Shown here one piece after another: positions 62,601 to 64,000 of a stretch of 64,000 nt of DNA. Under the pieces are notes generated by a model. It was given only the letters and a program-made list of their open reading frames with translations, did not search any database and had not been told where the DNA came from. Each line of letters begins with the position of its first letter. Positions within the stretch are counted from its first letter, which is position 1. The position numbers were made by a program, and so were the translations under genes. Source of the DNA: Flavobacteriaceae bacterium (GTDB lineage Bacteria > Bacteroidota > Bacteroidia > Flavobacteriales > Flavobacteriaceae); contig NZUH01000017.1 of NCBI GenBank assembly GCA_002697255.1, positions 88-64,087 of the forward strand, in the 5' to 3' direction.

Positions 62601-63809
62601 ATAGTCAATACCTTCATTTATATTTGAAACCAAAATACCTGACTGAACAGAAGCTATATCTCTAACAGAATTTGTTAATTGAGATCCTACATCTCCAATA
62701 GAGGTTGGGTCAAAAGCATTATTTGAATTATCAGGATATGCATTAGGTGACGAAAAAACATTTACTAAAGAAGAAATATTTTCTGATTCTCCAAGATCTT
62801 GAAATGCTAAAATATTTCTAACATCATTTAGATTATTAGTTCTATTTGTTACCCAAACTTCAGCCCTTGTAATTTGAATATTTGAATTAATATAAGGAAA
62901 ATTCAATAATGACTCATCATACTTATTTCTAAAAAAATGACTTAGGAAGTAGTGTCTATTTTCATCATAATCAAGAGCTCTGAATTCAAATTCTTGAACG
63001 GTACCTCCACCCTCAGAAACAACTGATCTAGATTCAGATTTTTGTTCGGAAAAGATAGCTTTGATCCTTGTTTTTCCAAATTTTAATTCAGTTTTGATTC
63101 CAAAAAGACTTTGAGCACCGGAAATTAGCGAACTATTCAGAGGCATACTAACATTCCCAACTTCAATTTTTTGTATTATATCATCTTCAGATGGTTCATA
63201 TTCCAATTTTAATAAATTTTGAAAATCAAAAGAAGATTGTGTGTCAAAATTTGCATTAACTTGAACTCTGGTTCCTACTTTTCCCACTAAACTTAAGCCA
63301 ATTCTTTGATCAAAATCAAATGTAAAATTACTCCTATTCCTTGGTGAAAAAGAAGGATTATCTCGTTTTGTGTAAAGTGCGCCTAAATCTACCTCTAATG
63401 AACCCTGCGGAATTACCTGTATAGTATTTCCTCCGAAAATTGATTCAAAGAGTTGAGAATTAACATAAATTTCTGGTATTAAATTTTTTTGATTATCAAC
63501 TGATCCATCCTTTTTTCCTTCTGCAGCATCAATTTTAGATTTATAATAGTTTTTTAATTCTTCTTTTAAAATTAATTCTTGATATTCCTCAGGAGTTAAA
63601 ATTACAGGATAATTTATATCATAATCCCCTATCTTCGTACTGTAATAATAAAGATCCCTTTCTGAATCATATTGGTAATTTTCTATATAACTTGAAGGAT
63701 TAGGGATATCTATTTGACCAAACTCAATATCATTTTGTTGTGCGTTAATCTTTAAAAAAAACACAAAGAAAATTAATACTGAATTTTTAATGTTTAAATT
63801 CACAAGCAT
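56682..63809 (-). CDS. sprA: T9SS translocon / gliding motility protein SprA
   Basis: 2375-aa ORF with a signal peptide. Giant beta-rich protein whose size and ruvA-sprA-gcvH context match flavobacterial SprA. Confidence 0.88.
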   Translation of the reverse strand: MLVNLNIKNSVLIFFVFFLKINAQQNDIEFGQIDIPNPSSYIENYQYDSERDLYYYSTKIGDYDINYPVILTPEEYQELILKEELKNYYKSKIDAAEGKKDGSVDNQKNLIPEIYVNSQLFESIFGGNTIQVIPQGSLEVDLGALYTKRDNPSFSPRNRSNFTFDFDQRIGLSLVGKVGTRVQVNANFDTQSSFDFQNLLKLEYEPSEDDIIQKIEVGNVSMPLNSSLISGAQSLFGIKTELKFGKTRIKAIFSEQKSESRSVVSEGGGTVQEFEFRALDYDENRHYFLSHFFRNKYDESLLNFPYINSNIQITRAEVWVTNRTNNLNDVRNILAFQDLGESENISSLVNVFSSPNAYPDNSNNAFDPTSIGDVGSQLTNSVRDIASVQSGILVSNINEGIDYGKLENAKKLRENIDYKINPQLGYISLTQKLENDEILAVAFQYTIGDQVYQVGEFANDGIQATEILSSDQNQLINSNNLILKLLKSSVANIDQPMWDLMMKNIYNTGAYQLQREDFKLNIFYKESSELNFISPVGGTPFPNPISGSVNIQEQPLLSFFNFDRLNYNNDPQTNGDGFFDFVSDITVFQETGKIIFTKVEPFGKFMFESLRLNLSENYNGDENLESDYNLNQKKYVYHSLYNSTKTAAEQESVKNKFLIKGKYKSSSGGGIPIGAFNVPRGSVTVTAGGRVLVEGVDYTVNYQLGTVQILDAGLQASNVPINVSVENNALFGQQTKRFSGINIEHQFNENFIISGTLLNLNERPLTQKANFGTEPINNTIIGFDGNFSKEIPLLTRLVNKLPNIETNIPSNLSLRGEFAYLLPGSPKGNNFNGEATSYIDDFEGTQNVIDLMSPQSWYLSSRPKNLGNIYSEGDEDENGVQNGYDRALLNWYSIDPIFYSSQRPSEITDEDLSDLYSRRIFIDEIFPQVDLVQGQTTVINSLDLNYYPNIRGPYNMDPSVSDGFIDNSNNSWAGITRLINTTDFEQSNVEYLEFWLMDPFLNNDSNSGGKLTINLGNISEDVIKDGRKQYENGLPEDGDISLLPLTAWGTVVPQNQSLVYAFSSLGQDRINQDVGLDGYNDSEEAIKFISFSELSDPSNDNYSYFLNKTGNIFERYTDYNGLDGNSPETISDLDRGSNTYPDVEDINRDNTMNTIDSYFEYEIDINQNSLSDQNNNLIIDRKEKNINLPNGTSELVKWYQFRIPINEPSSSVGGISDFRSIRFMRMYLTEFDQNTIFRFGKLELVRSDWRKYQLSLDEEIDNNNDSTNFSVGIIGIQENEESYVSPPGVEREQFNNNNTIIRQNEQSLVLNVCELEPEDSRGVYKNISVDMRQYKRLRMFMHAEEGSSPGFTDGDIIGYIRLGNDLSENYYQIEIPLQESSQMSLDPLSVWPVINEINLPVTALETIKTLSILNGSLSSDEAIFYDVINDDVSDEPVSEFSPLDVGQQRIAIKGNPNFGDIRTLMIGVKNPSQDNMDVCSEVWFNELRLSDMDNEGGWAATLAVDSNIADFMSVSATARQSTTGFGNIEQGPSQREQIDKKQYDFISNINIGHLFPKTWGLNIPFNYGQGEEFITPEFDQQYRDINLNSRIDLAETQEEKDKILNQSQDYTKRKSINLIGVNKQRTDDERTPRFYDFENITFNYTYNETNHRDYEIEKMLDQNIRTGANYNYNFNPLKFEPFKNNDSIFNSDYLKILKDFNLNLLPSNISINTDYVRQFNKQKFRDTDLTQDNIGIQELFRRNYSFDFQLAINYPISENLSINYNTSNNNIVRNYFIDNQINGVQNPDLDIWDRFFDIGDPNRQVQQIAVNYNLPFNKIPTFNFIKATYSYTGDFQWQKGSDLFGNLTLDGQTYDLGNSISNANTHNINGVFDMQKLYRYIGIPNFSRTSGGKNDRRTEVNRSSKKINPILKNFINIATIIKRIQVNYSENNGTFLPGFLETPGFLGSFSPSFGYVFGSQKDIRYLAARNGWLTVFPEFNQQFTSTNNTNLNFSANLIPINDLKIDLSGGRTYANNLSETFNTIDTNNDGFSNIYNPFIQNSIGNFNISTVLIKTAFSKSDEFNSESFDNFKSNRLIIARRLANEAGINFSNPNNFENGDVNGYPLGYGKTSQSVLLPSFLAAYSGTDADKVSLGAFRDIPIPNWTIKYSGFMKMKWFRKNFRRFSLSHGYNSIYTINQFRSNLDYVEPDFNLDYTLQNPDVFDQSENYKKKTLFSNINLMEQFSPLIKIDIEMKNSLKVLTEIKKDRLLSLSFDNNLLTEIQGYEYIIGIGYRFKDLQIRSRLGGSSQLIKSDLNMKADFSIRNNKTIVRYLDVENNQITSGQTILNFKYSADYAFSQNLTGIFYFDYAFSEYAISTAFPQTTIRAGFTMRYNF

Positions 63810-63817
63810 TTGATAAA

Positions 63818-64000
63818 TTAAATATTTTTCAAAGTCTTTTTAATAATTTCTTCAACAGAAATATTTTGGTTTTCATTTACTATTTGATCAACCAATCTTT
63901 CTGCAGATTTTTTATTTATTCCAAGAACCTCTAATGCAGATAACGCTTCATTTTTTATTGTATTGTTAGGATTAACAATTGTATCATCAATATCATATAT
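63818..64000 (-). CDS. ruvA: Holliday junction helicase subunit RuvA, C-terminal fragment (gene continues beyond the window)
   Basis: My translation of the minus strand is ...NEALSALEVLGINKKSAERLVDQIV....SVEEIIKKTLKNI*, which is RuvA domain III-like. The stop codon is at 63818-63820. Confidence 0.7.
   Translation of the reverse strand: MYDIDDTIVNPNNTIKNEALSALEVLGINKKSAERLVDQIVNENQNISVEEIIKKTLKNI

Overview
This is an AT-rich, very gene-dense chromosomal segment, with sampled 100-nt blocks at roughly 14-40% GC. It almost certainly comes from a member of Bacteroidota, class Flavobacteriia. Supporting evidence: T9SS/gliding genes (sprA, a PorP/SprF-family gene, a T9SS C-terminal sorting domain on a secreted dehydrogenase), the nadK-DUF6089-uppS-bamA-skp-skp-murI synteny block, and TAnnTTTG-type -7 promoter boxes. 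I can support about 60 protein genes, two tRNA genes (Leu-UAA, Gly-GCC) and several intrinsic terminators. Content is overwhelmingly housekeeping:
- Energy: K+-dependent membrane pyrophosphatase, PDH E1 beta, EtfAB, and a cytochrome oxidase subunit III/IV plus CtaB/SCO/DUF420 assembly operon.
- Nucleotide and folate metabolism: two deoxynucleoside kinases, nupC, thyA, folA, folK.
- Envelope: lspA, waaA, bamA, skp, murI, uppS, and a MacAB/TolC-like efflux operon.
- Proteostasis: tig-clpP-clpX.
- Repair: mutS, ruvA (partial).
I saw no CRISPR array, transposase, integrase, prophage or recognisable defence or toxin system, and I do not claim a clear novel system. The items most worth a second look are:
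1. A C-terminal NTF2/SnoaL-like domain fused to the membrane pyrophosphatase.
2. waaA/kdtA, whose conserved N-terminus is in an open frame with no ATG/GTG/TTG start; the only nearby ATG is one base out of frame.
3. A candidate minus-strand small transcript with an 18-codon WWW micro-ORF, ending at two minus-oriented intrinsic terminators.
4. A ~1.2-kb tRNA-adjacent islet with one orphan secreted protein and unusually GC-rich noncoding flanks.
5. A folK-deoxynucleoside kinase fusion.
6. A divergent DUF2797/GH3-family pair of unknown function.
7. A Cys-less SCO paralogue plus a small CxxC membrane protein inside the cytochrome oxidase assembly operon.
All functional calls come from reading motifs in the supplied translations. 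No database search was run.
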